Below the pieces are notes generated by a model that made no database searches, was not told where the DNA came from, and worked only from the letters and a program-made list of their open reading frames with translations. DNA of 64,000 bases from Schmidtea polychroa (taxonomy: Eukaryota): NCBI GenBank assembly GCA_044892525.1, contig CM097887.1, positions 42,284,001-42,348,000 on the forward strand, written 5' to 3'. The stretch's first letter is position 1. Each line of letters begins with the position of its first letter. Shown in pieces: positions 50,191 through 64,000 of this stretch. Position numbers and translations under genes: made by a program.

Positions 50191-50912
50191 TCTGTATTTT
50201 GAACAGTCTTACTCTTTTTGAACAAGAATTTTGCAGTACAATACAATTTATGTGATTGATTTTAAATGTAAAAATTTGGTCAAGCGAGATTTCATACAAT
50301 ATATTTGTAGTTTCAACAAAAATTTACTAGTATATACATTATGAATTAATAGCAATAAAATTTTGGCTAACTCAATAAAAACACGGGATTTATGGTTGTG
50401 GTTTTCTCTAGTTTCAATATTTTTAACTGGGTTGATCAAAATATAAAATTATCAATCAAATATTTTAAAAAATCACATACAAGACAGTACAGACCCCATG
50501 AGTCAAATTGGATCATTTTTAGTCAATGAAACCTTATGCGAGATTCAATTAGATACGATAAAGAATATTAAAAATTTATTAACAGCAATTTATATTAAAT
50601 TAGTTGATAAAATGTTTCTAGTTTTTAAAAGGATTTATAATGGTTTGTTAGCAGATACAAATTTTAAAATTTAAATAGTCTAACGTATGTCTTGCTTCCA
50701 ATTTTTATTTAAAATCTTTAGTTACAATACAATCCTGACTATTCAAATTTCCTGAAATTATCATTCATATTTATACTCTATTTTTTTCTAAATTGATTTG
50801 TTGGTTTTTTTCCAAAATTAATAAAAATTTAAATTTAAGGATAAATTTTATGATAAAATTTTTATCCTTTATTATACTTTTATTATATCACTTCATATTT
50901 TCTATTTACAAA

Positions 50913-53900
50913 ATGTTTTTAAAATCTAGAAGTTTCAATAAAGTTAAATTTATTAATTTCTTAAGAAATTTTTCGGAAGTTCAATTGACTCGTGAAACTC
51001 ATAAAAATATTGCGAAAAAACCTTTTAGTAAAGTCAATGAAAGTGATATAAAATTTTTTGTAAGCATTCTTGACAAGCATAGAGTTCTAACCGATATAAC
51101 TGATGTGAGCGGATATAACACTGATTGGATGAAACAATTTAGAGGTTAGTAGTTAAAATTGACATAAATGATATCTTAATTAAGTGTTCTAATTCAAATT
51201 TAAACATTTTAATTAATAAATTAAAATTTTGTCCACCATTTTACTTTTTAGATTCTCTAATTTAAGATTTTTGGTGAATTTTATTATGATATAATTTATT
51301 TTTTAAATATATTATACGTTTTTATTATAAATTGTAAGTCAATTTGATTATTGCGTTATTAAATGGTAAATTTGTTGCATTTTTCACTTTGCAATTGTTG
51401 TACATGTTACTTAAGACAATTTTTTTTAAAATGCTTGCAAAAATAAATGTATTTGTTTTTGATTTAAAATGTATAGTTAATAAAAATTTTGATTTAGGTG
51501 AAAGTCAGTTAGTTTTAAAACCAAAAACGACTGAAGAAATATCAGTAATATTACGCTACTGCAATGAAAAACTATTGGCTGTGGTTCCACAAGGTGGCAA
51601 TACTGGGCTTGTTGGTGGTAGCGTTCCAGTGTTTGATGAAGTTATTGTTTCAACAAATTTAATGAACAAAATTCATTCTATTGATGAAATAGGAGGTGAA
51701 AATTTCAAGCACTAAAATATTAATTAATTGCTTTAAAATCCATGATCATAATATAATCTAGCATAATTTATACCTAAAGGGTAATAAAATGAAGTTAGAT
51801 GTATTTGGACACATTTTTCGAGTGATAAGATACGGCGTTATATGAATCCACTTATCACCTATTAACATCAATCTTTTTACCATATATTTTTCGCTTAGAT
51901 TTTCAACGAGCCTCTTACCAGACACGAAATATCTCCATAGATTGCACGAGTATTTTAGTAAATCGTTATGAAAAGGCAATTATATAAAGGATATTCTCAA
52001 AATATTTTTATTATTTAATTTTTAATTAAGCTACTTATTATTGTAAGTATTATATTTTGGACCAATTTACAAATGTCACTGAAAATTTATGAAGTCACAT
52101 TTATTTTTCCCCAAGTGATTTTGGAATGATCGGCGATGAGCATTGCAAAGATTCCACCAGGCCATACCTTCTGGTGAAAAAAAATATCAGGGAACATTTT
52201 GCGAAAGAATGTATTCTGATTTCTGTTGAGTGCTTGAAATACTTGGAAGATAGTAAATAGAAATCGGCCATATCGTCTGAAATATTCAAATTCTGTAATG
52301 TTTTTTTAAAATTAATATAGTAAATCAATAGAAATTTGAAGTGATGGAACAAAATTTAGTATACATTCGAGTTCAGCTTGAATTCAGTAATAACCTAATT
52401 CCATGCCGGAGAAAATTATAATTGTAATTATTATTTATTTCCCCGCCGCTCTGACGCATGAAAATATTGCATATACAATAACAAAGCCATTTTATCTCTC
52501 TATGCAAATAAACACCAATTGGTACCGTCTCAATTTGTTGCAAACAATTCCCAATAAAACGCACCATTTAGTAATTTTGGATGTATTTTTTGCCTCGCCT
52601 CGTCGAAGCCATTTCTATGTAACTCCCATCTGTCACACTTCTCTCTGCTACCTTCTCAATCAATAGTTCCCAAAATTCCCGCTCATATGAAGGTTTGCTG
52701 TTGACATTAATCCTTCATTAAACGGTTGAAAATTTTAATATTAATATTAAATGTTCATATTCATGTATAAGCGCGTGTTGATCCCAAAACATATAATTCA
52801 AGGTAATATACTTTGGTAAACCTCTGTTTTGTTCTCTGCGCGCTAAAAATCAATTTATTCAAAATATTTTTATACGTATCAATTTTAAAAGCTTTATTAT
52901 CCTAATTTTTAATAACCAATTGCATATCTTTTTATTTATTTATTTTCAATTAAAATTAAAGTTTCTTATCATTTTAAATAGTGAGTAATTAGAAAAGAGA
53001 AGCTTGGATCCTTTTGATTGATTTAAGTTAAGTTGAAAATGACTTAGATTTATTCGAATGTCAGAGAGAATATTTCCACCCGGTTTCTTTTCTTAAAATA
53101 TAATTTTAAGTAATTACCTCTATAAAATATAATGACTTATTTGATTGGTTACTGAAGTGAGTCGATATTTAATTTGTCTAAAAATGACCAATTCTAAAGA
53201 AAAATCAAAATTTGATAAATAAGATTGCAACAATAAAGGAAATACAGCAAATGATGATTATTTGGAATGGTTCTAATCAACGTTCACTCAAAGAGGCGCA
53301 CACGGAAATTTTTAATAGCGCACCAAATTTTTTTATTTTAAAATATATTACGTTTGAAAATTCGAGATCATAGAATTATTATTTTCCCATAGAAAACAAT
53401 TCGAAGGGAACGTTGGTTGTAATCATTATGGATTACAGTACAATCCGCTTAATAGCACATCGTTTTATATCACAATACGCTTATTATCACGCCAAGTAAA
53501 ACAAAAACCGTAGATAATACAGTACAATCCGCTTAATAGCACATTCGGTTTATATCACATTTATATATCGGCCGGACCCCGTGATATTAAGCGGATTCGA
53601 CTGTATTTAGAAAAATTAATTGACAATTTTGGATAAATCCATTATAAATTTCTAATATTAAATAAATTTTATTAATTTGATTGGCCAACAAATCAGAATG
53701 GCTTACAGACCAATGAATATTGTATTTTCATTCACTATAATAACATTATTGAAACAGGTAACGTTGTTTGTCAAGCTGGGGTTGTCTTGGAAAAGTTGGA
53801 GTCAGAAGTAAGTAAATATAATTTGTGTGTTCCACTGGACTTAGGAGCCAAAGGGAGTTGTCAAATCGGTGGTAATTTATCTACCAATGCCGGAGGAATA

Positions 53901-56900
53901 CGCTTTTTGCGATATGGTTCCTTGCACGGAAATGTTTTGGGATTAAAAGCGGTTAGATCAAATATCTTTTGAACAGTTATTTTAAAGAATTTCAAATCGT
54001 TTTTAATTTTAAATTATTAATATTATTTATTATTATAACAATTGTTATTTATTATTTAATATTATAAAATTTAAATAAATTATTTTAATTAATTTTTTGT
54101 TATTAACAATCAATAGGGCAATCTTTTGATTTCTTGGTTCATTTTTAAACAACAGCTATAGGAGATTTTCAGGAGATTTTAATTTGTAATTTTTTTCCTA
54201 ATGTTTTAAACCGGTACAATTGTCTCTTTAATAATTATTAGCAAGATGTGTTCCAATTAGATACAAACCCCGCTGTTATGTAATAATTGACCCTCGACCA
54301 TGGTATATGCACAGTAGCTTCCAGCAACTGAGTAATGGTACGCGTCCACGCGATGATATCAACTACAAACACTACGCACCCACTTGTACTCAATATCAGC
54401 TTTTCTTTTAATAACTGTAAAGTCATCAGGTTTATAAATAGATTTAAAGTATATTTTTTATTAATATTACATTCAGTTAAATGATCCTTTGCTTAAGAAA
54501 GAAAACAATAGTATTGGGTATGAAATGTTTTGCAACTTGGACACACAAAGATTTCAATTTCATTAAACTTATGGCGATAATATCTCGTCATTAGGTCATG
54601 GTATTGTCATTCATATATGCCAACGGTGGGCAAATGCGGCTCTTCGTTGAGTAAACTGCGGCTCATTGATAATTGAATTCTTGATAATCGAATTCGATTT
54701 TTTATTTTGAAATTTTTCACTAAATGTTTTGAGAAAAAATATTTTGTTGCAATTGTATTTTCATAAATGTCAAAAATTAACGAAACATTGTTTTTCACAT
54801 TTTACTGCTTTTTAAAATTATTTTGTAGTAGGCGGCGCTTTGTTATAACAACGAGAGAGAAGCATCAAAAATAAATTTAGTGAATTTTGATTGGTTATTA
54901 TTTTGTTTGTACAAGATTGCGGTCGTTTGTATATTTTAGTATAGTTTTCTATTCGTGTTTTTTGAAAAATTTGGTAAGAAGATTTTTTTATGAAGCATTT
55001 TAAAATTTTAAACTAATTAAAATTAAATTAATGTCTTTTTATTATTTTGTTTAAATTTCAGCTATATAGTTATTTAAATTTATTATTATAATGACATCAG
55101 AAAACATCAAAAAGCGAAAATACAGACAAGAAAATAGAACTTTTCAAGAAGAATGGACAGAAAAGTTTTTTTTTATTGACAATAATGGTAAATCGTTGTG
55201 TCTTATTTGTAAAGGTACAATTTCCAACTACAAAGTAACCAATTTACGTCGACACTATGAAGTAAGTCATCCACACTTATCAATTCAATATCCACTCAAT
55301 TCAAACTTGCGGACAGAAAAACTTAAGTCATTGCAATCAGGGCTTCAAGCCCAACAAGAATTGCTGCGAACAGCTTTAACAAAGTATACACCAAATTTCA
55401 AAGATTTGACCAAATGTCTTCGTTAATTCAAGAAATTTTATTACTTTTTATTAATGGATTTTTATGTTTGTTACTTAATGTTTGAAATAATTATTTTGTT
55501 TTTTTTTAATAGCGTTTAAGTCTCTTTAATCAAATTAATGAAATAAAAAAAATATGTACTTTACTATGGTGGCTCTGTAAAAAATAAATTTTCGGAAAAT
55601 GGCTCTTATTGAACCCATGCGTGCCCACCCTTGATATATGCACTACAATAATTTGGATAAAGTGAACTCATTTTGAATATAAAATAAATAGAATGTTAAA
55701 ATAATTTATTAAAAAATTATTACATATTTTAAGTAATATACAAAAGGTTAATAAATCAGAAATTTTGAATTTTTATAATCTTATGTAGTATTAGAGGTCA
55801 TAGAAATGATATAATTTCATTTAAATAATTATTAACAGTTTAAATCTAAATTTTTTAGTTTATGTTTAATTTGTTATTTTTTATCTATTATATCATTAAA
55901 AATATCATTAAAAATATCATTAAAATATCATTAAAATATCATTAAAAATATCATTAAAAATATCATTAAAAATATCATTAAAAATATCATTAAAAATATC
56001 ATTAAAAATATCATTAAAAATATCATTAAAAATATCATTAAAAATATCATTAAAAATATCATTAAAAATATCATTAAAAATATCATTAAAAATATCATTA
56101 AAAATATCATTAAAAATATCATTAAAAATATCATTAAAAATATCATTAAAAATATCATTAAAAATATCATTAAAAATATCATTAAAAATATCATTAAAAA
56201 TATCATTAAAAATTATATTAAAAATATTATTAACTTTTAAAAATCTAAAAGTAACATTCCAAAATCATTTTTAAAAATTCAGAAAATACTTGATTTATGG
56301 TTTTTTACCACACAATTTAACGGTTAAGAACTACTGGGCATAGAAAACCTCTTTTCTTTTAATTCGATTTACTTTATTTTGAAAATTTTTTTGAGTTGTT
56401 GCGAAACATTTAAACAGCTATGTACGTAACAGGTCCTTCCAGATGGCGAAATTCTAGACTGTCTTACCAGTCTTAGAAAAGACAGTACTGGATATGATCT
56501 TAAACATCTTTTTATAGGAGCCGAGGGAACTCTTGGAATTATTACCGATGTTAGTTTAATTTGTCCACCAAAATCTAATTCAATTAATGTAGGTTATTTT
56601 GGTAAGTCTTTTGATAAAGTTTTAAACTTTAATAATAATTTATCTAATTTATAATCTTTTCAACGTAATCATAAGAAAGTACATTACTAGGACTTTTATC
56701 CAAAATGATTAGTTATTTATAATGAATGTATCCATCGTGAGATTTAATGAATGCCAAAAAACCTTCTGTATATATTTCCATTCAATTTCGACCAACTCAT
56801 TGCTCGTAAATTTCATTTTTGTATATATGTACATATTGGACAGGTATTAATTAAAAATAGCATCCGTCCTAAGCAAATGCTTAAAGCACATTTTACCAAA

Positions 56901-58955
56901 AAAAACAAATAGAAAATGAATGTTGTAGAGATTTGAGGGCTGAATAATTAAATTTTCAATGATTGCCATATTTAGTATTTCCATTAATTCGAGACACTGC
57001 GAATTAAATCCAATTTCAAAGTTGTTAAGCAGAATGGAAATAAATCTCTTTCTCTTTTAATAATTATAAAATTTTCAAATTTAGCAAGAAATTAATCTTT
57101 CAATTCGACAATGTTGTGAAAATCAATTTTAAATATATTTTATTAAATTTAGGTGCACCCTAAAATACAATAGAGGGTTCCAATTTGTTTTAAAATAATT
57201 TATTTTAATTTTTACATAATATTTAAACTCACTGAGTTTGTGTTTTAATCATAAATTTTTTGAAAATTTAATTTTTATAATAATTCAAATATTATTTAAT
57301 AAACATTTTCAATTATGGTTTTTATTTTTATCAATTGTTTAACAATATTTAAATGGAACATTCAAAAGCTAAAAATCTAAACCTGTTTAAGAAACAATCG
57401 ATAATACGCATTAATTTAAGATGATATTGGATTCATTAGAACTCAAAGAATATTATTTTACTTGATCTATTTTTGTTGGAACTAATAGAAATATATATTC
57501 AGACAAATTTAGGGATTCAAATAAATTACAAATTACACAACTGCTGAAACTTGTCCACACTTACAAGTTAACTGATACATTTTTGTATCCTTGAGGTTTC
57601 TGATGGGCTAAAATCCAAAGGCATCTTGTGATATTCGGATACGTTTTTAAAAATAAACTACCTGAAAATATTGTTTCATTAAATTTAAATTATGGTAATG
57701 TAAATCTAGTTCTTTGTCCTGGTAAATTTAAAATTGAAAGCAAAACTTAACAATTTAAATTATTAATTGAAGAATGTTTAATAAAGATTTCCACCGAATT
57801 TCCAATTATTCACAGAATCAGATGATTTGGAATATATATCTAATCTATATAATAATGAATTAAATCGCAATGATTCAGATTAGGCCAATATATCATTGGA
57901 TTTTTTAAAAAAATACCGATATAGTTGTTGAAAATTTGAATTCAGTTCAGTTTTTGAAAAAAGTTGTTCATTCAGTAGAAATTTTAGAATCACATTTGGA
58001 AGAAGTGGTAAAACCATTGAATTATCAACTTTTTTGTCGGGATATTATTTGATGATATTTAACTTGATTTATTCTATTTTGATATTTGTACTAAAAGCTT
58101 GTGAAATCAATTTTGACTAACTTACTTGAACGTATGTGGAAAGTGCATATAATCTAATCCCATGTGCATTGAACTGTTGCGAAATATTTAAATAATTATG
58201 TACTTACTAAATCCTTCCAGTGTCGATTTGAAAGATATTAATTTCTTTCGAAATTGGAAATGTCCATCAAATCACTCAATTAATTTAAAGTACTAAAGCA
58301 CATTTATTAGACTGTTAATGCATGTTTCCGTGCAATTGGATTGAGTAAGTATCACAACAATAAAAAATACGAACTTTTTTCAATTTTCACCACTGATTTC
58401 TTTTCAATTGACAAAATTTCCAAAAATATTTTGTTATAAATTATTTTTGATTCAAAAGAAATATTAAAAATAAGAATGTAGTTTATTTATTTATAATCAT
58501 TGGAAAAAAAGAAATTCCTTATATTTTTAATAAATTATAATTTAATTTAAAAATATGATAGAAAACATTTTATTAAATAAATTTATGATAATAATTAATT
58601 CTAACCGAAATTCTCAAGGATGTTCAACTTTTGATGAAGTACTTGAAACATTTAAACTAGCCAAATTGAAACTTGGAGAAATTCTCTCAGCTTTTGAATT
58701 GATAGGTAGTTCAAAACGATATATTCCATTTCATCAATAGGTCTTATTTTAGATCACGCATCTATATTGTGTGTGAAAGACAACTTGAAATTGAAATCAC
58801 CTCTTGAATCGGAGCATAATTTTTACGTTTTAGTCGAAACTTCTGGTAGTAATCAAGGTCATGATGAAGAAAAGTTAAATGACTTCCTAACGGAAACAAT
58901 GGAAAAAGGATTTGTTAAAGATGGGATTTTAGCTCAAGATTTGAATCAAATCAAG
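50913..58955 (+). CDS. D2HGDH: D-2-hydroxyglutarate dehydrogenase, mitochondrial; exons 1-6 (3' exons not found in window)
   Basis: Exons: 50913-51144, 51498-51695, 53758-53951, 56433-56601, 58619-58705, 58753-58955. All GT-AG with matching phases (1,1,0,1,1,0). Motifs: [103 protein letters not shown]. The basic N-terminus resembles a mitochondrial targeting peptide. Confidence 0.96.
52090..52870 (-). mobile_element. Degenerate mariner transposase (D2HGDH intron 2)
   Basis: The minus-strand peptide [34 protein letters not shown] resembles the mariner SPDxAPSDYHLF..FF..FY..GI..L C-terminus. Confidence 0.45.
53436..53603. mobile_element. pogo/Tigger-type MITE (53520-53603) with a duplicated left end at 53436
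   Basis: ta|cagtacaatccgcttaatagcaca occurs at 53436 and 53520. The right end is attaagcggattcgactg|ta. Confidence 0.8.
54621..55633 (+). mobile_element. Internally deleted SPIN/GTF2IRD2-like hAT element (1013 bp, D2HGDH intron 3)
   Basis: Perfect TSD atatatgc (54613-20, 55634-41). TIRs caacggtgggca / tgcccacccttg match at 11 of 12 positions. Carries ORF 55091-55426. Confidence 0.95.
55091..55426 (+). CDS. Truncated hAT transposase: N-terminal zinc finger joined in frame to a C-terminal tail (111 aa)
   Basis: [35 protein letters not shown] is a SPIN-type zinc finger. [16 protein letters not shown] resembles the extreme C-terminus of this transposase family. Confidence 0.65.
   Translation: MTSENIKKRKYRQENRTFQEEWTEKFFFIDNNGKSLCLICKGTISNYKVTNLRRHYEVSHPHLSIQYPLNSNLRTEKLKSLQSGLQAQQELLRTALTKYTPNFKDLTKCLR
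55891..56212. repeat. Minisatellite (TATCATTAAAAA) x27
   Basis: 25 perfect 12-mers plus two 11-mers, in D2HGDH intron 3. Confidence 0.98.
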
Positions 58956-59715
58956 GTGTGATTCTTTCAGTTCAATTATTTTTTATTCACATTTGCCTAT
59001 TTGTATGTTTATAAATAATATTCCAATTTTAAAATAATAACACAATTTGTAAATATCCAATACCATTGAAATTTTTGATAAGTAACACTAATAATGTTCT
59101 TCTGATTCGTTTTAGACAAAACTAAAACCAAATATATACATACCACGGGTCCAAAGTGCCAAATTACATTTTGACGCTCAAATGCTTTTTCTGATAAAGT
59201 CGTTGAATCCAAGCAATTTAATTTTAATATCTTATTTTAAATTCTTAATACATTTATGTAATAATAAAAAATGTTTGATGAACTTGTTTAAAATTTTCTA
59301 GTATAACTCTGTTTAAAAATGGAAACATGGTAGAAACTTAACAAATTAAACATTAAAAACATTAATAATTAAATTACAATTAATTAATATATAATAATTT
59401 TTTATAATAATAATAATACCAATAATTATAATTAATAAATTTATTTTAATTAGCAAAACATTTGGAATTTTTTTATCTCCTTAATTTTTGAAAGCCCAAA
59501 TTTTCCATTATCTTAAGGGTACTTATTTACCTTAATTCTGTGCTGCCGGCTTCAACACTTGATTTTTTTCTCTTCATCGTTAGCTGGACAGTTTTCGCGA
59601 TAAGGAATTTCATTTTCTCCTTATTTTTTTGTTATTTCTGATTCCCGGAATAAAAATTGACATTCTTGGATATTTCTTAAATTAAAAATCTTCCAATTTT
59701 TTCGCCATTTCTTTA

Positions 59716-60967
59716 AACATTATTTTAACATTTTATATCATTGCTGATTAAACTATTTGAAAACGAAAAACTGAAACGAATGACTTCGAAAATAATCTGC
59801 ATGATGTCTCGAATATTGAAATAATCTTTTGTACGAGAAATTGAATATTGAGAGAATATGTTTGAAATAATGTCTCGAAATTTGTTAGCTTGCTAATTTG
59901 TTGTACATTCCTCCGGAAGTAAATTTAAAAATGTTATTCAAAGAAATATTTTTATTGATTTTTAACATTTAATTAATATTTTAATATATTAATTTAATTT
60001 GGTTTTTAATAAAAGTAAATATTTATATAGTTCATATTTTCATTATTTGATCAGTTCAATTATATATGATTTTATATGATGTAGGAAAATTTATTTAACA
60101 GCAAATTTTAACATTTTATATAATTTACGATTTTATGTAATTATTTATTCAATTTAAAATTTATATTATTTAATTCTTTTCGTTATACAAAGCATATCTT
60201 TGAAAGCACAGGGAAATATGTTTGACACCAATGAGCAAATCACGACATCTATATAGTTCATATTTTCATTATTTGATCAGTTCAATTATATATGATTTTA
60301 TATGATGTAGGAAAATTTATTTAACAGCAAATTTTAACATTTTATATAATTTACGATTTTATGTAATTATTTATTCAATTTAAAATTTATATTATTTAAT
60401 TCTTTTCGTTATACAAAGCATATCTTTGAAAGCACAGGGAAATATGTTTGACACCAATGAGTAAATCACGACATCTATATAGTTCATATTTTCATTTTTT
60501 GATCAGTTCAATTATATATGATTTTATATGATGTAGGAAAATTTATTTAACAGCAAATTTTAACATTTTATATAATTTACGATTTTATGTAATTATTTAT
60601 TCAATTTAAAATTTATATTATTTAATTCTTTTCGTTATACAAAGCATATCTTTGAAAGCACAGGGAAATATGTTTGACACCAATGAGTAAATCACGACAT
60701 CTAATATAACAATTTTATTCATTGAATCATGACAATGATATCATTAAAATGATTGATTGATAATGAAAGTCACCGATATTTTTTTTATATTTAAATTAAT
60801 TAAAAATTATTCAATATTTATATAGTAGATAGTAGAATATAAATCACTCGTTTAAATTTCAAACAGTTGTTAGTGTCAAAATGAATTAATTGACAATGTG
60901 ACAATAACCATAATAATAATAATAATAAACGAAGACTGTTATTATAACCTTTGAGAGTTTGAGATGG
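59716..60967. repeat. Dispersed repeat copy 2, with an internal 226-bp segment triplicated (~60025-60702)
   Basis: Homologous to 40711-41490. The marker tatagttcatattttc recurs at ~60026, 60252 and 60478. Confidence 0.95.
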
Positions 60968-62159
60968 TAAGATTAACAAAATTTATTTATAAACATTTTA
61001 TTTTCCAAATAGTTTTTATTTTATCTTCGTTAATTTTAACTCCTTGAATAAATATCTGAATTTTAACTTTTTTATCTTCTATGATGTTGCATTCTTTATC
61101 ACAGTCTTTATCACATGTCTTTATTAATCAAACGAAGAATTTCTCATCGATATTTTCAATTTGTATATTATATTTATAAGATTTTAAATTAACTAATTCC
61201 TAAAAATAATTTACCTAAATAATTAAAAATTAAATTTAAAATATCGTTTATATTTTTAATTTTGGTTACACACCAATGACAAATTGGATAATAAAATATT
61301 TATTTCAAATTTCCAATTATAATAATTTTGTTGATTTTGTGAATTATAATTTTTATAAAATTTGGTAAGGTTTGTCATATATAAATTTAGAAAACCTAAA
61401 ATTAAAATCAAACAATATAATCTGTCATTTGAAATTTAAAAAAACATTTATCAAATTTCATTCACACTATCAGAAAATAAACAGAGAAAAGTGATCTAGA
61501 CATTTCAAATCGATGCAATAATAATTAATCAAAAAGATCATCATTGAATATTTGAAATTAGACATTGAATCAATTATTGTAACTTTTTATAAAATTTTGA
61601 AAAGAAATTCATCATAGTACATTAGTATTGAGAATATCTCTATTTAAAAACATCAGAGGTCATCCTTGAATATTTGAAATAAAAAAAACTAACAGAATCT
61701 TAAATATTTAATAAAACATTTATCTAATTTATATTAAAATAAATTAATTCAAAATGATTTCAAAATAATATTGAGACTTTTTCATTAATGTTCATTTTCT
61801 AAAAATATTGATAAAAAATTCGTACATGAATCGATAATACCTTTTGAAAAGGTCAAAGTTCATTGACAGAATAAGCAAAACACTTATGCACTCTATCATA
61901 CAAACGATATGATTAAATTGTTCTTGAATTTTTAATCTTTCGATATTTTTATATATATTTTATTCTTTCTAGCTGATTAAAATCTCCAAATATTTTGATT
62001 CAATTTTTACTTTGTTTTTGGTCAGTGATTTGATGCTGAAATATTTTGATCGGCATGTTAAGATCGAAAAACGGGGACTACAGATCTCAACACAATGACT
62101 CCAATGATTGAATAAAATAAATAGATAAATAAAAATAAATATAAATATGTTATATTTAA

Positions 62160-62800
62160 TGTGGTTGCGCGTATAAGTTTAGATCACTGAATTAAGAACA
62201 AACTCTTCTCTTTTTATAAAACTGTATTTGATAATTTACAAAATGATTTACAATTATTGTACAGAGATATAAGATACCGGATTTATTAATCCCTGCTGTT
62301 TACCTCAGCCTGCAAGAGATCGATAGCTCCTGTGTAGCACAACGATCGCAATGTAACTAAAAGAGTTGGGCAAGCAAGAGGGAATGATTTTGGGGCTCCC
62401 AGGGAACACTAAAGTAAGAGATCAGTACTTTGTGTTCACTTAATTTACTTTTCACAGAATAATAATTTATCCCTTAACACAATAATTTTACCTGGTTTAA
62501 CAGCAACACTGGTGTGGAACTATTCTTCTTTGAACTCTAATCAAAATATTCTTGACTCTCTGTTTTTTTTCGATTTTGAACAGCTCTTGTTGACAATTTA
62601 TAGTAAATTCACTTGAACGAAATTTGATCCAAATTAGAGTCAAATTCTTGGTTCTCAAATTTAAACGCTCTCTTGATTAATTAATCAAAATTTGAGACAA
62701 GTTCTCGTCTCTCTAATTTAAATATTTTCAGTGATTTCAAATCACGTTTTTCCGTCTAATTGAATTAATGTAACAATAAATTTTCTCTAAATTCTGGGTC
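62160..62800. mobile_element. LTR-like segment
   Basis: Non-coding GC-richer block laid out like the other LTR fragments. Boundaries and TSD not defined. Confidence 0.3.
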
Positions 62801-63872
62801 GTCAATTTTGAACCAGTATTTATATTATATTTTAATTATTTATTATATTAATAGCAATTTTATAATTACTATATATAGTAACAGTATAATCAAATATTAC
62901 TATATACTACTTATTTCTATTAATAGTAATTACTTAAACCTATCTTTTATTTTCAGTAATTCTTTATTATTTTTATTTATACTATTTCTAATTTTAGTAA
63001 TTTTTATTTATTTTATCATCAAGGCTCCAGGCCTATCCCTAACAGGCATATTTCTATAGTCGTTGTTATTCTTTGATGAATGATGTTCATACAGTGGCCT
63101 TCGGTATGTAATTTTGATTAGTTCTTGTGTTGCATCTTGACGATCTTTATCAATCCATGAAAGGGTACAAAAATCTTGTGTCCGGTCTCTAGGATTCATA
63201 GTTTGTGAAAATTAATGATTGGTATGAAGTTCATCGGAAATGTAGGTATCAAAATTCAAACGTTGCATCTTGAAACTCTGGCAAATAACTAGACGAACGG
63301 AATAACGAACAGTTTTCATATTGTTTATAAAATATGTAACGATTAAAAAAACGAACGTAATTAACAAATATGACATGATTTACAAATATGATTAACAAAT
63401 GTAATAAATATGATTAGCAAATATGATTAACAAATATAATATAATTGAGGAATAAATGGCTTTGTTAATTAAAAATGCATATTAAAAAAACATTCAATAT
63501 TTTTAATTTCTATTTTCCGCGTTAAAAGCACCCTCTCCACATATATATATATATATATATATAAATTCAAAAATAATACAAAAAATTATATAAAATATAT
63601 CTTTTTCAATTTTATAAAAATTAAAATAGTCCGTATCGAAAGTACCTTGTTCTGGCTGGATACTCAGAACCACGCTCTGCTACCATTTTTGATTACGACA
63701 TTGAACGCACATACTCTTTGTTCGATAATAAGAGATCTCAAAATTCATTTTGTAAAAATAGCGCCTTAGAAACTATGTTCAAAAAGAAATGAAAATTCCC
63801 TGTTGAAAATAATCCATTTAAACTAACCACTGGAAAAGCTCACATATTTTGTTATGGCCAAAAAAATCTCTT

Positions 63873-64000
63873 TTGAAAGAAGCAAAGAAGGCGTTATTAG
63901 CGATTGCTGGAGAGGCTGAATCGACGAAGGAGGAGCTGCAAGCGGTCATTGTTGCGGCTGAGGATATAGTGAACAGTAGGCCATTGACAGCTGTTAGTGA
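63873..64000 (+). mobile_element. BEL/Pao retrotransposon integrase fragment (continues beyond window)
   Basis: LKEAKKALLAIAGEAESTKEELQAVIVAAEDIVNSRPLTAVS contains the BEL/Pao EEL..E..NSRPL motif. Confidence 0.8.

Noticed and set aside
55931-56206. (MIFL)n 91-aa ORF
   Set aside because: Translation of the 12-bp minisatellite.
56700-58450. Probable decayed transposase in D2HGDH intron 4
   Set aside because: The composition looks coding, but no motif could be assigned to a superfamily.
59009-59212. GPCR-like WHFGPVVC motif on the minus strand
   Set aside because: No DRY-like motif, further TM segments or compatible exons were found; likely chance.
62808-63059. Ile/Tyr/Phe-rich ORFs (also 11935-12144, 40994-41200)
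   Set aside because: Expected by chance in DNA of >85% AT; no motifs.
58956-64000. Remaining D2HGDH exons (LW..RE, GHLGDGNLH, SAEHG)
   Set aside because: Searched by eye and not found. They are presumed to lie downstream of the window, so the gene is not called a pseudogene.
1-64000. Species or phylum assignment
   Set aside because: High AT content, short introns and divergent proteins fit several fast-evolving invertebrate lineages, which cannot be distinguished without a database search.

Overview
Very AT-rich eukaryotic DNA, most likely from an invertebrate metazoan given the otopetrin gene and GT-AG introns. It has three N gaps and is dense in transposon remnants. I could reconstruct three host genes by hand. 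(1) An 8-exon otopetrin proton channel gene on the minus strand (35314 to 19016, 570 aa, all splice phases consistent), of which the ORF track shows mainly part of the last exon. (2) An intronless XPB/ERCC3 TFIIH helicase (31495..33765, +) lying antisense inside intron 2 of the otopetrin gene. (3) The first six exons of D2HGDH (50913..58955, +); its 3' exons were not found and presumably lie beyond the window. A fourth, unidentified multi-exon membrane-protein gene or relic lies at about 7068-8860 (-); two of its exons sit inside a 4x340-bp tandem duplication. The rest is transposon material: a hAT one frameshift from intact, several hAT, piggyBac and pogo MITEs (most with target-site duplications), and piggyBac, Tc1/IS630, mariner, MULE, Penelope, Ty3/gypsy, BEL/Pao and Polinton-type polB fossils. 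There are also two long palindromes. I found no rRNA, tRNA or CRISPR features and no evidence of a wholly new multi-gene system. The most notable findings are the nested intronless XPB, the exon-containing tandem repeat, and an in-frame internally deleted hAT. All translations and alignments were done by eye, with no database searches.
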